DNA from: a virus
Strand: one strand, 5' to 3'
DNA: 64,000 bases
IMG/VR virus record: IMGVR_UViG_3300008267_000007
Span: 32,001 to 96,000 of that record
Shown here in pieces: positions 37,747-48,149 of the stretch. The notes below the pieces were generated by a model. That model was not told where the DNA came from. It saw only the letters and a list, made by a program, of their open reading frames with translations, and ran no database searches. Every line of letters starts with the position of its first letter. Position 1 is the stretch's first letter. A program made the position numbers and the translations under genes.

Positions 37747-38406
37747 ATGGGATTTCTTAACAATCAATCAGTAACCGTAGATGCAATTCTTACTAAAAAG
37801 GGTAGAGAATTGTTAGCAAAGAATGACGGTTCATTCAGAATTACTCAATTTTCATTATCTGATGATGAAATTGACTATACACTATATAATCCTTACCACC
37901 CATCAGGTTCAGCCTATTATGGTGAAGCTATTGAAGCTATGCCTATATTAGAAGCATTTCCTGATGAAACTCAAATAATGAAGTATAAATTATTAACCCT
38001 TCCAAGAGGTACAGCTAAATTGCCTGTATTAGATGTTGGATACACTTCTATTACTTTGCGTCAAGGTGCTTCATTAGCTATTACACCTCAAACTTTAAAT
38101 TATTTAGGAGCATCTACAGCTTATGAATCTTCAGGATACACAGCTACTATTGGTGATTCAAGAATCTTATCAACATTCAATGCTGTTGGTGTAAATACAG
38201 CTGAAGCTCAAGCTTTGAATTCTTCAACTACAATTGGAACTAATGTTTCAAGAACAGTAGTAGGAACAACAATAAACTTAACAGCTACAACTGTTAATAC
38301 CTTATTTGGAACTAGAAGTTCTTTATCTACAATACTAACAATTACAGGTAGAGATTCAGGAGCTAGACTAACAGTTCCAGTAACAATAACAAAAGTAACT
38401 AGCTAA
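37747..38406 (+). CDS. Virion structural (baseplate/tail) protein
   Basis: VDAILTKKGRELLA..FRITQFSLSDDEIDY. Confidence 0.7.
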   Translation: MGFLNNQSVTVDAILTKKGRELLAKNDGSFRITQFSLSDDEIDYTLYNPYHPSGSAYYGEAIEAMPILEAFPDETQIMKYKLLTLPRGTAKLPVLDVGYTSITLRQGASLAITPQTLNYLGASTAYESSGYTATIGDSRILSTFNAVGVNTAEAQALNSSTTIGTNVSRTVVGTTINLTATTVNTLFGTRSSLSTILTITGRDSGARLTVPVTITKVTS

Positions 38407-38418
38407 TAAAAACATAAT

Positions 38419-39459
38419 ATGAGCTTTATCCCATTAAATGCTGAAGATTTTGTAGTGAGTTCGGATTCAATTACTTCTACCTTATGGAGTAATAACGTAA
38501 CATCCTTAACTGCTATATACACTTCTTCTACTGCTATTAATAACAATGCATACTTACAAGTATATAGTGAACCTACTTCTAATGCTTCTGCTTTACCTCA
38601 ATTTTCTATTTCTTATGGTCAATTACAAGGTTCAGGTTCAGCACCTATAAATGCTTCTATCCCTGGATTATCTCCAACTAGAATTACTTATGGTCAATTT
38701 CGTACCTTAATTAATGGGGACGAAAATACTAACATTAACTTTGGAGCTGGAAATACTAATTCTCCTGATTTTTATGTTATAAGCTTAAATAGAGCAAATT
38801 ATAAAGAAAAACTATTCCCTGGTACTTTCAATTTAGCTCTTTCGGGATCTGATGGTACTGATAATAGACTAATTAGATTAACCGATAATAGTGTTAATAC
38901 AACTACATTAACATACTGTGATGCTGGTAGAGTATTTGACATAGTTAGTGGATCTAATGGATCAGCTATGACATCAATTACATCTGGAAGTAGTGCTGCT
39001 GGGTATACAGTGTCAGGTTCATATGGTAAATTCCTACCGGATGTTGGTTTAATTCTATTGAATGCTAGAGCTTTAGCTTTATCTTGTAGTCTTGGTGGTA
39101 TAGGATTAACTCCTGGAACCTCAAATACTTCACCTACCCTAGGAACCATAAACACTAATTTATTCAATGCCATCAACTCTGGTAAAAGCTTCTCATTAAA
39201 TAGTGAAGAAACAATCACATCAGATTATATATTTGTAAGAATTAAAAATAATGATTTTAATTATACTACTAATCCTTCTATGATAAGTGGTAGTGGTGAA
39301 TTTTATTACCCCTCATTAATTAACAATCCACAAACTTATATTACGACAGTTGGGTTATACAATAACAATAATGAGTTATTAGGTGTAGCTAAATTATCAA
39401 AACCTCTAGTAAAGGATTTTACTAAAGAAGCACTAATTCGTGTAAAATTAGACTTTTAA
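38419..39459 (+). CDS. Virion structural (tail/baseplate) protein
   Basis: C-terminal YITTVGLYNNNNELLGVAKLSKP. Confidence 0.7.
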   Translation: MSFIPLNAEDFVVSSDSITSTLWSNNVTSLTAIYTSSTAINNNAYLQVYSEPTSNASALPQFSISYGQLQGSGSAPINASIPGLSPTRITYGQFRTLINGDENTNINFGAGNTNSPDFYVISLNRANYKEKLFPGTFNLALSGSDGTDNRLIRLTDNSVNTTTLTYCDAGRVFDIVSGSNGSAMTSITSGSSAAGYTVSGSYGKFLPDVGLILLNARALALSCSLGGIGLTPGTSNTSPTLGTINTNLFNAINSGKSFSLNSEETITSDYIFVRIKNNDFNYTTNPSMISGSGEFYYPSLINNPQTYITTVGLYNNNNELLGVAKLSKPLVKDFTKEALIRVKLDF

Positions 39460-39462
39460 TGA

Positions 39463-41562
39463 ATGAGTTTTTCATATAAAACATTAAATTCAACTGATAT
39501 AACATTAACCTCCTATATTGCTAATAAACAATGGGAGGTTAATAATTCTACCTTATCCCAAAATGGGATAACAATCTATATAGGGGAAAATCTTCCTATT
39601 GATAGAAATCACCCATTTGATCCAATAGATGATGTAGAAACATCAAATGACGAATATAGAAGACTAATTTTTGAATCTGTAAAACACCTATATTACGAAA
39701 ATTATACTACTGGATCTTTAACTGGTCAATTCTTTAAATCATCTTCATACGTAAACTATGAGCAAACTACCCTAATATCAGGGTCAATGCTCTCAGCCTT
39801 TAAAAATCTAACAACAGTTACTGGTAGCGCTTATGACCCATCTGACCCATCATTTTATGATGGTACTCTATATGATATGTCATCGAGTATTTACGATGAA
39901 ACAACGTTTGACTTGGATAGGGGAGGAAAAGTAGCAATTATATCGATAGATAAAGAAATATTTGGTTCTGGACTAAAACCCCATACTGTTAACATTTCAG
40001 GCTCAGGATATTATTTAAGAGATGATGGTGAGGGTAATATATTTAATTTTAATAATCCTGATAATTATGCTAGATATAATTCTGCCATATATGATAAGGA
40101 TATTTATTTAGAATTATTAAACAGTAACTTCCCACAATTGGAATATGTGGGTAATGTTTTTTATTCTCATGGTTTAATTATAATAACAAATTCTGATTAC
40201 TTATGTGCTTTTGGTTCACCACCAACTGCTGTAAATAATTATTTTTCATATAATAATATGACCCCAACTTTCAACTTAGATATATTATCTAATGACTTTT
40301 CAGATTGCGGGTTAATTAATTATGATAGCTTTATATCAACTGGTGGTACATTTCCTGATTACACATATATTAATGGATTCTTAAATATAACCCCTAATCA
40401 AACCTGTGTAATACCTGGAACATATCAATTGGGGTATACTATATCTAATTCATCTGGTATTAGAAGTAATACTGGTTCTATTAATTTAATTATTAAATCT
40501 GAACCACTACAAATAAATAATATAATCTCTTCTTCTGTATGTTTTGGGGATACTTCTATAAGACCTGTAACTTTTTCTATTAATTATGGAGTACCATATT
40601 ATAGTTATTCTTTGGATAATGGTTTAAACTATACTGGAGTAAGTAATTTATTCAACGTTACTGTTAGTGGTAGTGTAACAGCTTCAAATACTAACATAAT
40701 ATATGTTAAAGATTATTTAGGAGAAATTATAACATCATCATTCTCATCATGGCTCCCAGAAGTAAGTTATACTACAACTATTATTAAAAATCCATGTTCT
40801 AACATTAGTGAAGACGGTATTGTAAGGTTTGATCCGATTAATGGTCAAAATGATATAGCCATTAAAGTTAATGGGGAACCTTCATGGAATGAACTTCCAA
40901 TGGAATATACAGGTTTAGGTACTTTAGGTAATACTATACAAGTAAAAGATTTTAATAATAATTGTACTACTAGTTCAATCTTAACTTTATCTCCAACCCC
41001 ACAATTGAATATAGATGCTTTTAAATCTGATGTGAATTGTTATGGAGGGCGTAATGGGAATTTAGCTATTGAAGTTTCAAATGTAGTAGATACTTTATTT
41101 GTTACTTTATTAGATCCAACTTCTAGTGCTATTTATAATAACGTTCCATTAAGTTCATTTACTAATAATTACATAACTGCTTCTAATTTGAGTACTGGAA
41201 GTTATAGTTTAACTTTAACTACTACTGGTTCATATGGTTGCCAAAATTATAGTAATATCTATAACATATACAGTCCAAACCCTGTAACATTCTCATCTAC
41301 AGCTTCTTATATAGATTCTTGTTCTAATGCTATGATATTTAATGCTACTGGAGGAACACCACCTTATACTTATTTTGCTCAAAACTCAAGCAGTTTCCAA
41401 TTATACTCTTCTGATTCATCATCAGTGACATTAAATGGGTTAAATTCTGGAAGTTATAACTTATGGGTAAGAGATAGTTTATTATGTGCTTCAACAATAC
41501 AAACAGTTGAAGTTTATGGTAGAGGGTATATTTATAGTGGATCTAATTGTGAAATAATATAG
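39463..41562 (+). CDS. Tail fibre/adhesin-like protein with Ig-like and SprB-like repeats
   Basis: PTAVNN..DILSND (Ig/cadherin-like); DVNCYGGRNG; ATGGTPPYTY; GLNSGSYNLWVRD. Confidence 0.65.
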   Translation: MSFSYKTLNSTDITLTSYIANKQWEVNNSTLSQNGITIYIGENLPIDRNHPFDPIDDVETSNDEYRRLIFESVKHLYYENYTTGSLTGQFFKSSSYVNYEQTTLISGSMLSAFKNLTTVTGSAYDPSDPSFYDGTLYDMSSSIYDETTFDLDRGGKVAIISIDKEIFGSGLKPHTVNISGSGYYLRDDGEGNIFNFNNPDNYARYNSAIYDKDIYLELLNSNFPQLEYVGNVFYSHGLIIITNSDYLCAFGSPPTAVNNYFSYNNMTPTFNLDILSNDFSDCGLINYDSFISTGGTFPDYTYINGFLNITPNQTCVIPGTYQLGYTISNSSGIRSNTGSINLIIKSEPLQINNIISSSVCFGDTSIRPVTFSINYGVPYYSYSLDNGLNYTGVSNLFNVTVSGSVTASNTNIIYVKDYLGEIITSSFSSWLPEVSYTTTIIKNPCSNISEDGIVRFDPINGQNDIAIKVNGEPSWNELPMEYTGLGTLGNTIQVKDFNNNCTTSSILTLSPTPQLNIDAFKSDVNCYGGRNGNLAIEVSNVVDTLFVTLLDPTSSAIYNNVPLSSFTNNYITASNLSTGSYSLTLTTTGSYGCQNYSNIYNIYSPNPVTFSSTASYIDSCSNAMIFNATGGTPPYTYFAQNSSSFQLYSSDSSSVTLNGLNSGSYNLWVRDSLLCASTIQTVEVYGRGYIYSGSNCEII

Positions 41563-41563
41563 T

Positions 41564-42520
41564 ATGGCTAACTCAGGATATATAACAAGTTCAGGAATAC
41601 AACAAGTGTTTACTTCAGGTCCCTATTTGGGATCTGTAGTAACTTCTAGTTATGGTAATAGTGGCCCTACAGTTAATTTCTCACAACCATTCATTTCAGG
41701 TACTACCGATTCAATATCACCTTGTAGTACAACCTATTTTAGATACTATCAAGATCTAATTAGTTGTCCAATTAATGGGTGTACTCCCCCAATATTAATA
41801 TCTGCTAATAGAATAGATTGTATTGGTACTGACCCAATATACATTGTACCTTACAATTCAAGTTCTACATCAGCATTATATACTGTAATAAAGTATAGTA
41901 CTGATCCCTCATTTTTAACTAATAGTGGATCCCAAATTTATAATAATTCTAGCCCAGTTAGCTTAAATGTAGATGTATCAACTCTTCCTCTTCAACCAAC
42001 AGCTTATACTACAGTATATTTTCAAGCTTACAATAGTTGTAGTAGTGGTCTTACATCATCTTTGAGTAATATAGTCACAGCATCTTGTACTGCAACAGTA
42101 CTCCCCGAACCTGAACCCTTCTTCATAACAATGGTTAATGGTACCGACCAACCTATATACTACAGAAGAGATGATTCACTTACCCAATATGCTATATTAG
42201 CTGGGGCAAGTCAATCCGTTGGTACTAGGTTATTGACCTGTGACCTATATTTTAGTACAACACCTAACCCACTTTTACCCGATCTTAGAAATTTTGTAAG
42301 TTTAGATAAAATTGGATTTAATGATGGAGATATAAGTGTAACATTAAATGACCTCAATTTCACTACACCTGTCACTACAACAACTTTTCCTTACAACAAC
42401 TTCCAGTGGTTAGATGATGATATAATTAGCACTAATGATTTGTGGATAAATGTAGATAGAACTACTTACCCAAATGGGGGAACATTAACATTGGATTTTA
42501 CTGTAGATTTACCTCTATAA
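41564..42520 (+). CDS. Ser/Thr-rich putative tail-associated protein
   Basis: Beta-rich and Cys-containing, within the tail module. Confidence 0.6.
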   Translation: MANSGYITSSGIQQVFTSGPYLGSVVTSSYGNSGPTVNFSQPFISGTTDSISPCSTTYFRYYQDLISCPINGCTPPILISANRIDCIGTDPIYIVPYNSSSTSALYTVIKYSTDPSFLTNSGSQIYNNSSPVSLNVDVSTLPLQPTAYTTVYFQAYNSCSSGLTSSLSNIVTASCTATVLPEPEPFFITMVNGTDQPIYYRRDDSLTQYAILAGASQSVGTRLLTCDLYFSTTPNPLLPDLRNFVSLDKIGFNDGDISVTLNDLNFTTPVTTTTFPYNNFQWLDDDIISTNDLWINVDRTTYPNGGTLTLDFTVDLPL

Positions 42521-42541
42521 TATTCAAAAATATAATTAAGA

Positions 42542-42847
42542 ATGGGAGCTATAACACAAGATATAAACGCTGTATTATCATTTAAAAATGAACATATCAT
42601 TTATGAGAATGAAATACGTTGCAAAGTAAATGAAAACGAATTTAATCTTTCTCACAATCCAACATTAACCACAGATAATTCAGGATCATTAAGATCTTTT
42701 GCAACAGCATCTGCATTTTCTCCTTATGTTACAACTGTTGGGCTTTATAATGAAAGAAGTGAATTATTAGCTGTAGCTAAACTATCACAAGCATTACCCT
42801 TATCCTCAGTAACAGATACCACTTTTGTGGTAAAATACGATTTATAA
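42542..42847 (+). CDS. Stand-alone tail C-terminal domain, paralogous to the end of ORF 38419
   Basis: EFNLSHNPT...YVTTVGLYNERSELLAVAKLSQA. Confidence 0.75.
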   Translation: MGAITQDINAVLSFKNEHIIYENEIRCKVNENEFNLSHNPTLTTDNSGSLRSFATASAFSPYVTTVGLYNERSELLAVAKLSQALPLSSVTDTTFVVKYDL

Positions 42848-42850
42848 AAT

Positions 42851-43288
42851 ATGTGGTTATATAAAAACGAAGAAATAAAAGAATTAACAGATATGCCCGA
42901 AAATACTTTCGGGTTTATTTATGAAGTGACTCATATCCCAACAGGGAGAAAGTACTTAGGTAGAAAACAATTAATATCAGTCCAAAGAAAAGCATTAGGT
43001 AAAAAGGAATTAGCTTTAATTACTGATAAACGATCTTCAAAGAAGAAAACCGTTACCAAAGAAACTGATTGGAAAACTTATTATGGGTCACATCCTGAAA
43101 TAAAACAAATGATAAAAGATGGAAAGGGGTTTGAATTTACAAGAGAAATTCTTATGTTTGTTCCTTCTAAAAAGTTACTAACCTATTATGAAGATAAATA
43201 TCTTTATGTAAATGGTGTAGTAGAAATAGGATCTAACTATTTTAATGATAATATTTCGGGTCGTTTTTTTAAAAAAGACTTCTTATAA
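42851..43288 (+). CDS. GIY-YIG-like nuclease
   Basis: GFIYEVTHIPTGRKYLGRK, WKTYYGS, FTREIL, YFNDNI. Confidence 0.75.
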   Translation: MWLYKNEEIKELTDMPENTFGFIYEVTHIPTGRKYLGRKQLISVQRKALGKKELALITDKRSSKKKTVTKETDWKTYYGSHPEIKQMIKDGKGFEFTREILMFVPSKKLLTYYEDKYLYVNGVVEIGSNYFNDNISGRFFKKDFL

Positions 43289-43292
43289 AGTA

Positions 43293-43322
43293 TTTGGCTC
43301 CTATAGGGAGCCTTATTATATT
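43293..43322 (+). promoter_or_regulatory. Palindrome promoter upstream of the primase operon
   Basis: TTTGGCTCCTATAGGGAGCCTTATTATATT. Confidence 0.7.
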
Positions 43323-43342
43323 CCCCTAAAAAATTATATATT

Positions 43343-43495
43343 ATGAAATTATACGGTCTATATTACAAAAATTCTACTGAGCCCATAAATCAAATACGAT
43401 TTAAATCCCTTGATGAGGCAAAATTGTTTTTTTCACAACAAAAACGCTTAGTTTTAGAAAAATTTGAACCAATTTTTGATGTAAGAGAAGTATAA
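43343..43495 (+). CDS. Small protein (50 aa, not in ORF track)
   Basis: MKLYGLYYK...FDVREV. Confidence 0.6.
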   Translation: MKLYGLYYKNSTEPINQIRFKSLDEAKLFFSQQKRLVLEKFEPIFDVREV

Positions 43496-43510
43496 AAATA
43501 AATAAAGGTT

Positions 43511-44443
43511 ATGGTAAATGGAATTTTATTAGGTCTATTGCAATCTGTAATAGGAAAGGGTACTGTTACTTCAAGAGGTAATTATGCATTTAATTGCCCC
43601 TTTTGTAAGCATCGAAAACCTAAATTAGAAATTAATTTAATCCCAACAACCAAGAATGAAAATCCATGGCATTGTTGGGCTTGTGATGCTAAAGGTAAAA
43701 CCATATCCACTCTATTTAAAGGTTTAAAAGTAGAGGGAAGTAAATACACTGAATTAAATTCTATATTAGGTACAACTTATAAGACAGATAGAATTGAACT
43801 TAATAATAATATTGAGTTGCCCAAAGAATACACTCCTTTATTCAACATATCTAAATCTGACATAACAGCTAGACAGGCCTTAGCTTATCTTAAAAAACGT
43901 AACATAGGCCCAATTGATATATTAAAATATCAAATAGGATATTGTGAGCAAGGAAAATACTCCAATAAAATAATAATACCCAATTATAATTCAGAAGGTA
44001 AACTAGATTACTTTATAGCACGCTCATTTGAAGAAGACCCATTTAAGAAATATGATGCTCCTTCAGCTGACAAGAATAATATAATTGGGTTTGAAAACCT
44101 CATTAATTGGAGTTTACCTGTAATTTTATGTGAGGGAGCATTTGATGCTATAGCTATTAAACGTAATGCTATACCCTTATATGGAAAAACATTATCAAGA
44201 AAATTAACCAAAAGATTACTAAATAATGATATCAAAGATGTCTATTTAGCCCTAGACAGTGATGCTTTAAAAAGTACACTTAAAATTGCCGGAGATATAC
44301 TCCAATCAGGAAAAACATTACATGTGATTAAACTAGATAGTAAAGACCCCAGTGATATGGGGTTTGAACAATTTACTCATTTAGTACAACAATCTCAAGA
44401 ATTTACTTTTTCTGATCTATTTTCACTTAAACTATCTATTTAA
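43511..44443 (+). CDS. DNA primase
   Basis: CPFC...WHCWAC zinc finger; TOPRIM CEGAFD, LDSDA, KDPSD. Confidence 0.92.
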   Translation: MVNGILLGLLQSVIGKGTVTSRGNYAFNCPFCKHRKPKLEINLIPTTKNENPWHCWACDAKGKTISTLFKGLKVEGSKYTELNSILGTTYKTDRIELNNNIELPKEYTPLFNISKSDITARQALAYLKKRNIGPIDILKYQIGYCEQGKYSNKIIIPNYNSEGKLDYFIARSFEEDPFKKYDAPSADKNNIIGFENLINWSLPVILCEGAFDAIAIKRNAIPLYGKTLSRKLTKRLLNNDIKDVYLALDSDALKSTLKIAGDILQSGKTLHVIKLDSKDPSDMGFEQFTHLVQQSQEFTFSDLFSLKLSI

Positions 44444-44446
44444 ATT

Positions 44447-45205
44447 ATGAGTTACGAAAGAATCCTAAAAATTTCAGACGATCACCAACAAATTACTTTA
44501 CCAGATTCTAGATTTTATCAAAGAAATGGTGAGTATTACCCATCAATTACCCATGTTTTATCTTCATATCCTAAAGGTAAACATTTTGAAGACTGGTTAA
44601 AGAAAGTAGGATACTCATCTGAATACATTGTTAAAAAAGCAGCAGAAGAAGGTACTCAAACACACCAACTGTGTGAGGATTATTTAAATGGTAAAGAATG
44701 TACTTTTTTAGATCCATATTATAAGCCTAAATACATACCTGAGGTATGGAAAATGTTTATAAAATTCGTTGAATTTTGGGAAACACATAAACCTAAACTG
44801 ATAGAAACTGAAGTACATTTATTTTCTGATGAAATTAAAGTAGCAGGTACTTGTGATTTAGTAGTTGAAATTGAAGATGAATTATGGGTTATAGACTTAA
44901 AAACTTCAAACCACTTACAAACTACTTATGATTTACAAACGGCTATCTATAGCAAATGTTATGAAGAGGATTTTGGAAAAAAAGTAAATAGAAGAGGAGT
45001 ATTATGGTTAAAATCAGCTAAACGTGGTATTGATAAATCAGGTAAGAAAATGCAAGGTAAAGGTTGGGAAATAGTTGAATCAGATAGAACTCAAGATGAA
45101 GATTTAGAAATTTTTAGGTGTGTTAAAACCCTATTTGATTTAGAAAATCCAAATCCTAAACCTCATATTGAAGAATTAAAAACTGTAATCAAAAGAGAAG
45201 TATAA
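44447..45205 (+). CDS. PD-(D/E)XK exonuclease
   Basis: YPSIT, GTQTH, AGTCD, IDLKTS, QTAIY. Confidence 0.88.
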   Translation: MSYERILKISDDHQQITLPDSRFYQRNGEYYPSITHVLSSYPKGKHFEDWLKKVGYSSEYIVKKAAEEGTQTHQLCEDYLNGKECTFLDPYYKPKYIPEVWKMFIKFVEFWETHKPKLIETEVHLFSDEIKVAGTCDLVVEIEDELWVIDLKTSNHLQTTYDLQTAIYSKCYEEDFGKKVNRRGVLWLKSAKRGIDKSGKKMQGKGWEIVESDRTQDEDLEIFRCVKTLFDLENPNPKPHIEELKTVIKREV

Positions 45206-45235
45206 ATATTTATATTAATAACATAACTATACAAT

Positions 45236-46234
45236 ATGATTATTTCTGAAAGAAAACAATTAGGTACGGTATACCACTTTACTAAAATAACTTCTATAAA
45301 ATCCATATTAGAATCTAATTCATTTAAGGGGTCTGAAGTAGGAACCTGGAATTTTGAAAGAGATTTCCAATTTTTTAAAAAAGATGAGAAATTTTTTATC
45401 GATAAAGGTATAACCCACTTATATTTTTTCTCTACTACACGTAATAAGTTATTTTACAAAAGACCTTCTCATGGTGTTGGTGGAATGACTGCTCGTATTG
45501 TATTAGATGGGGACAAAATATCCGATAAATATAGATTTGTCCCTTTTAGATATTATGATGATGAACCTAAACATGAAGGTTCAGATGAATCCGAAGAAAG
45601 AATTATATTAGGTCTTAAAAGAGAATTACCTAACGCTAAAAGTTATATTAAAGAGATCCATGTAATGTTGGATTTAATAGAAGATAATGAAGCGTATTTA
45701 CAGGAAGCTGAGAAATTGTATAATTATGATCCTTCATTAATTAAGTTTTATTATAAAGAAAAAGAAACTACTTTAGAAGATTATAGAACTAATATCTTAC
45801 CTACTATAGAACCTTATAGAGAAGACGAAATGGATGAAAATGATTCATTTGAGTATAGAGGAGGACCAATATTGCATGAGGGATTTACATCTCAAAAAGC
45901 ACCACTAATGGGTAAATTTGTTGATTATACTTGTAGTAGATTAAATATAGATAAACCCAAAATTTCTATTATAAATTCACCTTTATACTCTCAAAAACAT
46001 AAAAGTTTTGGAGGATACATGCCATCAGAACAATCAATAAAAGTAGTAGTGCATAATAGAAACATGGCTGATATTTTAAGAACATTAGCTCATGAGTTAG
46101 TACACCATATGCAAAACCTAACTGGAAAAGAATTAAATGGGGAAGATGGGTCAGACATTGAAAATGAAGCTAATGCAATGGCCGGAGTAATAATGAGAGA
46201 ATTTGGACGTGAAAACCCAGAAATATTTGAATAA
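45236..46234 (+). CDS. Putative ADP-ribosyltransferase-like domain fused to HExxH metallopeptidase domain
   Basis: VYHFT, FSTTR, DESEERI; C-terminal TLAHELVHHMQ...ENEANA. Confidence 0.6.
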   Translation: MIISERKQLGTVYHFTKITSIKSILESNSFKGSEVGTWNFERDFQFFKKDEKFFIDKGITHLYFFSTTRNKLFYKRPSHGVGGMTARIVLDGDKISDKYRFVPFRYYDDEPKHEGSDESEERIILGLKRELPNAKSYIKEIHVMLDLIEDNEAYLQEAEKLYNYDPSLIKFYYKEKETTLEDYRTNILPTIEPYREDEMDENDSFEYRGGPILHEGFTSQKAPLMGKFVDYTCSRLNIDKPKISIINSPLYSQKHKSFGGYMPSEQSIKVVVHNRNMADILRTLAHELVHHMQNLTGKELNGEDGSDIENEANAMAGVIMREFGRENPEIFE

Positions 46235-46236
46235 TA

Positions 46237-46407
46237 ATGGATGGTAGATTTAGAGAGGCTCTTTATATGCTAAGAATATTAATGGCAGTAGAAAATGAAT
46301 TTGATATTATAATACAAGACACTGAAGTAGAATTTATAAATACTTTTGAAGATCTAATAAACTTAATACAAGAAAAAGAAAATGATATCAATAAAGGAAT
46401 TATTTAA
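46237..46407 (+). CDS. Truncated acyl-carrier-protein-like protein lacking the Ppant serine (56 aa, not in ORF track)
   Basis: EALYMLRILMAVENEFDIIIQDTEVEFINTFEDLINLI aligns without gaps to ACP [38 protein letters not shown]. Confidence 0.65.
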   Translation: MDGRFREALYMLRILMAVENEFDIIIQDTEVEFINTFEDLINLIQEKENDINKGII

Positions 46408-46918
46408 AGAAGAGTTATCTAAAGCTTACACTATCTATTGTGATATGGATGGTGTACTTTGTGATTTCGAAGCTCGCTTTGAACATTTCACAGGTTTATC
46501 CCCAGATCAATATCGAGCAAAAACTCAAAAAGAATATGGTGATAAAAAAGCAGATGAAATGTTTTGGGATGTAATTGATCACCAAGTAGGAATGAGATTT
46601 TGGAGAGGGATGCATTGGATGCCTGAAGGTAGAGCTTTGTGGGATTATATAAAACCTCATAAACCTACTCTACTCACAGCACCTTCATGGCATGACTCTA
46701 GTAAAGAAGGGAAAAAAGCCTGGGTTGAAGATCACATACCTGGAACTCCTATAGTTTTTAAACCCGCAGACAAAAAAGCAGATTTATCCGGTCCTAATAC
46801 AATTCTTATTGACGATAGAGAAGACACTATTATGAGTTGGAAAGCTAAAAATGGTATAGGAATTTTATATAAAAATACCGAACAAACAATAAATGAATTA
46901 AAACACTTAGGACTATAA
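46382..46918 (+). CDS. HAD-family 5'(3')-nucleotidase
   Basis: YCDMDGVLCDF, LLTAP, GKKAWV, ILIDD. Confidence 0.88.
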   Translation: MISIKELFKEELSKAYTIYCDMDGVLCDFEARFEHFTGLSPDQYRAKTQKEYGDKKADEMFWDVIDHQVGMRFWRGMHWMPEGRALWDYIKPHKPTLLTAPSWHDSSKEGKKAWVEDHIPGTPIVFKPADKKADLSGPNTILIDDREDTIMSWKAKNGIGILYKNTEQTINELKHLGL

Positions 46919-46921
46919 GTT

Positions 46922-47494
46922 ATGTCAACACAATTAAATAGAGAATTCTCAGAACGCGACATACAACGTATGCGTAATATTATTAGTAAAAAAACTGGTG
47001 ATGGTACTCGAATTCAAGCTGGTTATGCCAAAGCACAAATTACTCATATTGAAGGAGATGTTTGGGAAGAAAATGGTAAGACTTGGACTCTTAAAAACGG
47101 TATCAAGCAAACTGTCACTAAACATGATGCCTTAAAAGCTATGGTGGAATTTCCACTTACATGCCCATGTTGTAGTAAGCCAATGAAAGATCAACCATTG
47201 AATAGAAAAATGTATTCTATACACAACAAGTGTTTTGATTGTGTTATTGAAATGGAAACTAAACTTCGATTAGAGGGTAAATATGATGAATATGTTAAGG
47301 GGATGTTAAACAGTAATAAAAATTCCTCTTTAAATGATGTCGAACAAATGTTTGATGAGTATTTCAACAGTAAGAAAGAAACATATGTTACTGAGGCAGG
47401 TGATATAGAAAAATGGGATGGTGGTAGCATTGACCCTGAATACATAAAAATGGTCAAAGAAAATATAAAACGCCTTAAAGAAACAGAGATATAA
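46922..47494 (+). CDS. Zinc-binding hypothetical protein
   Basis: CPCC...CFDC; EGDVWEENGKTW. Confidence 0.7.
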   Translation: MSTQLNREFSERDIQRMRNIISKKTGDGTRIQAGYAKAQITHIEGDVWEENGKTWTLKNGIKQTVTKHDALKAMVEFPLTCPCCSKPMKDQPLNRKMYSIHNKCFDCVIEMETKLRLEGKYDEYVKGMLNSNKNSSLNDVEQMFDEYFNSKKETYVTEAGDIEKWDGGSIDPEYIKMVKENIKRLKETEI

Positions 47495-47516
47495 ATATTT
47501 ATACCAAAACCTAACC

Positions 47517-48149
47517 ATGAAAAAAGAATTCTTAAAGAACATAATTAAAGAAAGCATAACTGATTATCTATCAGCTTTAAATGAAACTAATGCAGATCCT
47601 AGCGTACCTGAAGATTCAACCGATATGGCTTTGGATATGATGAAGAATGGATTACCTACCCAAACTAAAGAATCATTAACATCTACTCCCGGTATGATGT
47701 TTGAAGATAAAGTAACTAAAGATAGTCATATCTATTTAGTTAAAAAAGCAATGAATGAGTCTACTGAAAAAGATTTAGTTGAGAAAAAATTATTATTAGA
47801 TCTAATTGGTGAAGGATTATATGAAGGTGCTTATTTAAATGAAGCTGCTGCTATGAATGCTGCTAAAAAAGCTCTTAAAGGTAGAGACACACAGATTAAA
47901 GAAAATGTTAAAAGAGGTAATTCTAAGATATCTGAATTAGAGGATCAAATTGAAGACTTGAAAATTGACATTAAAGCTAAACAAAGTAAAGCTATAGACG
48001 AACCTGGAATGAGAGATAGTTTAGTAGCTGATGTTGAGGGTTTAATGGCTAAATTAGATAAAAAAGAAGCAGTATTAGAAAAATTAAAAGCTGCTTTAGA
48101 AAAATCTGCACCTAAAAAAGAAAAGAAAGAAACTAAAGATGAAGAATAA
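47517..48149 (+). CDS. Leader-bearing coiled-coil protein
   Basis: MKKEFLKNIIKE..ALNE. Confidence 0.7.
   Translation: MKKEFLKNIIKESITDYLSALNETNADPSVPEDSTDMALDMMKNGLPTQTKESLTSTPGMMFEDKVTKDSHIYLVKKAMNESTEKDLVEKKLLLDLIGEGLYEGAYLNEAAAMNAAKKALKGRDTQIKENVKRGNSKISELEDQIEDLKIDIKAKQSKAIDEPGMRDSLVADVEGLMAKLDKKEAVLEKLKAALEKSAPKKEKKETKDEE

Noticed and set aside
32160-42847. Diversity-generating retroelement or invertible tail-fibre switch
   Set aside because: No reverse transcriptase, invertase or template/variable repeat pair noticed in this window
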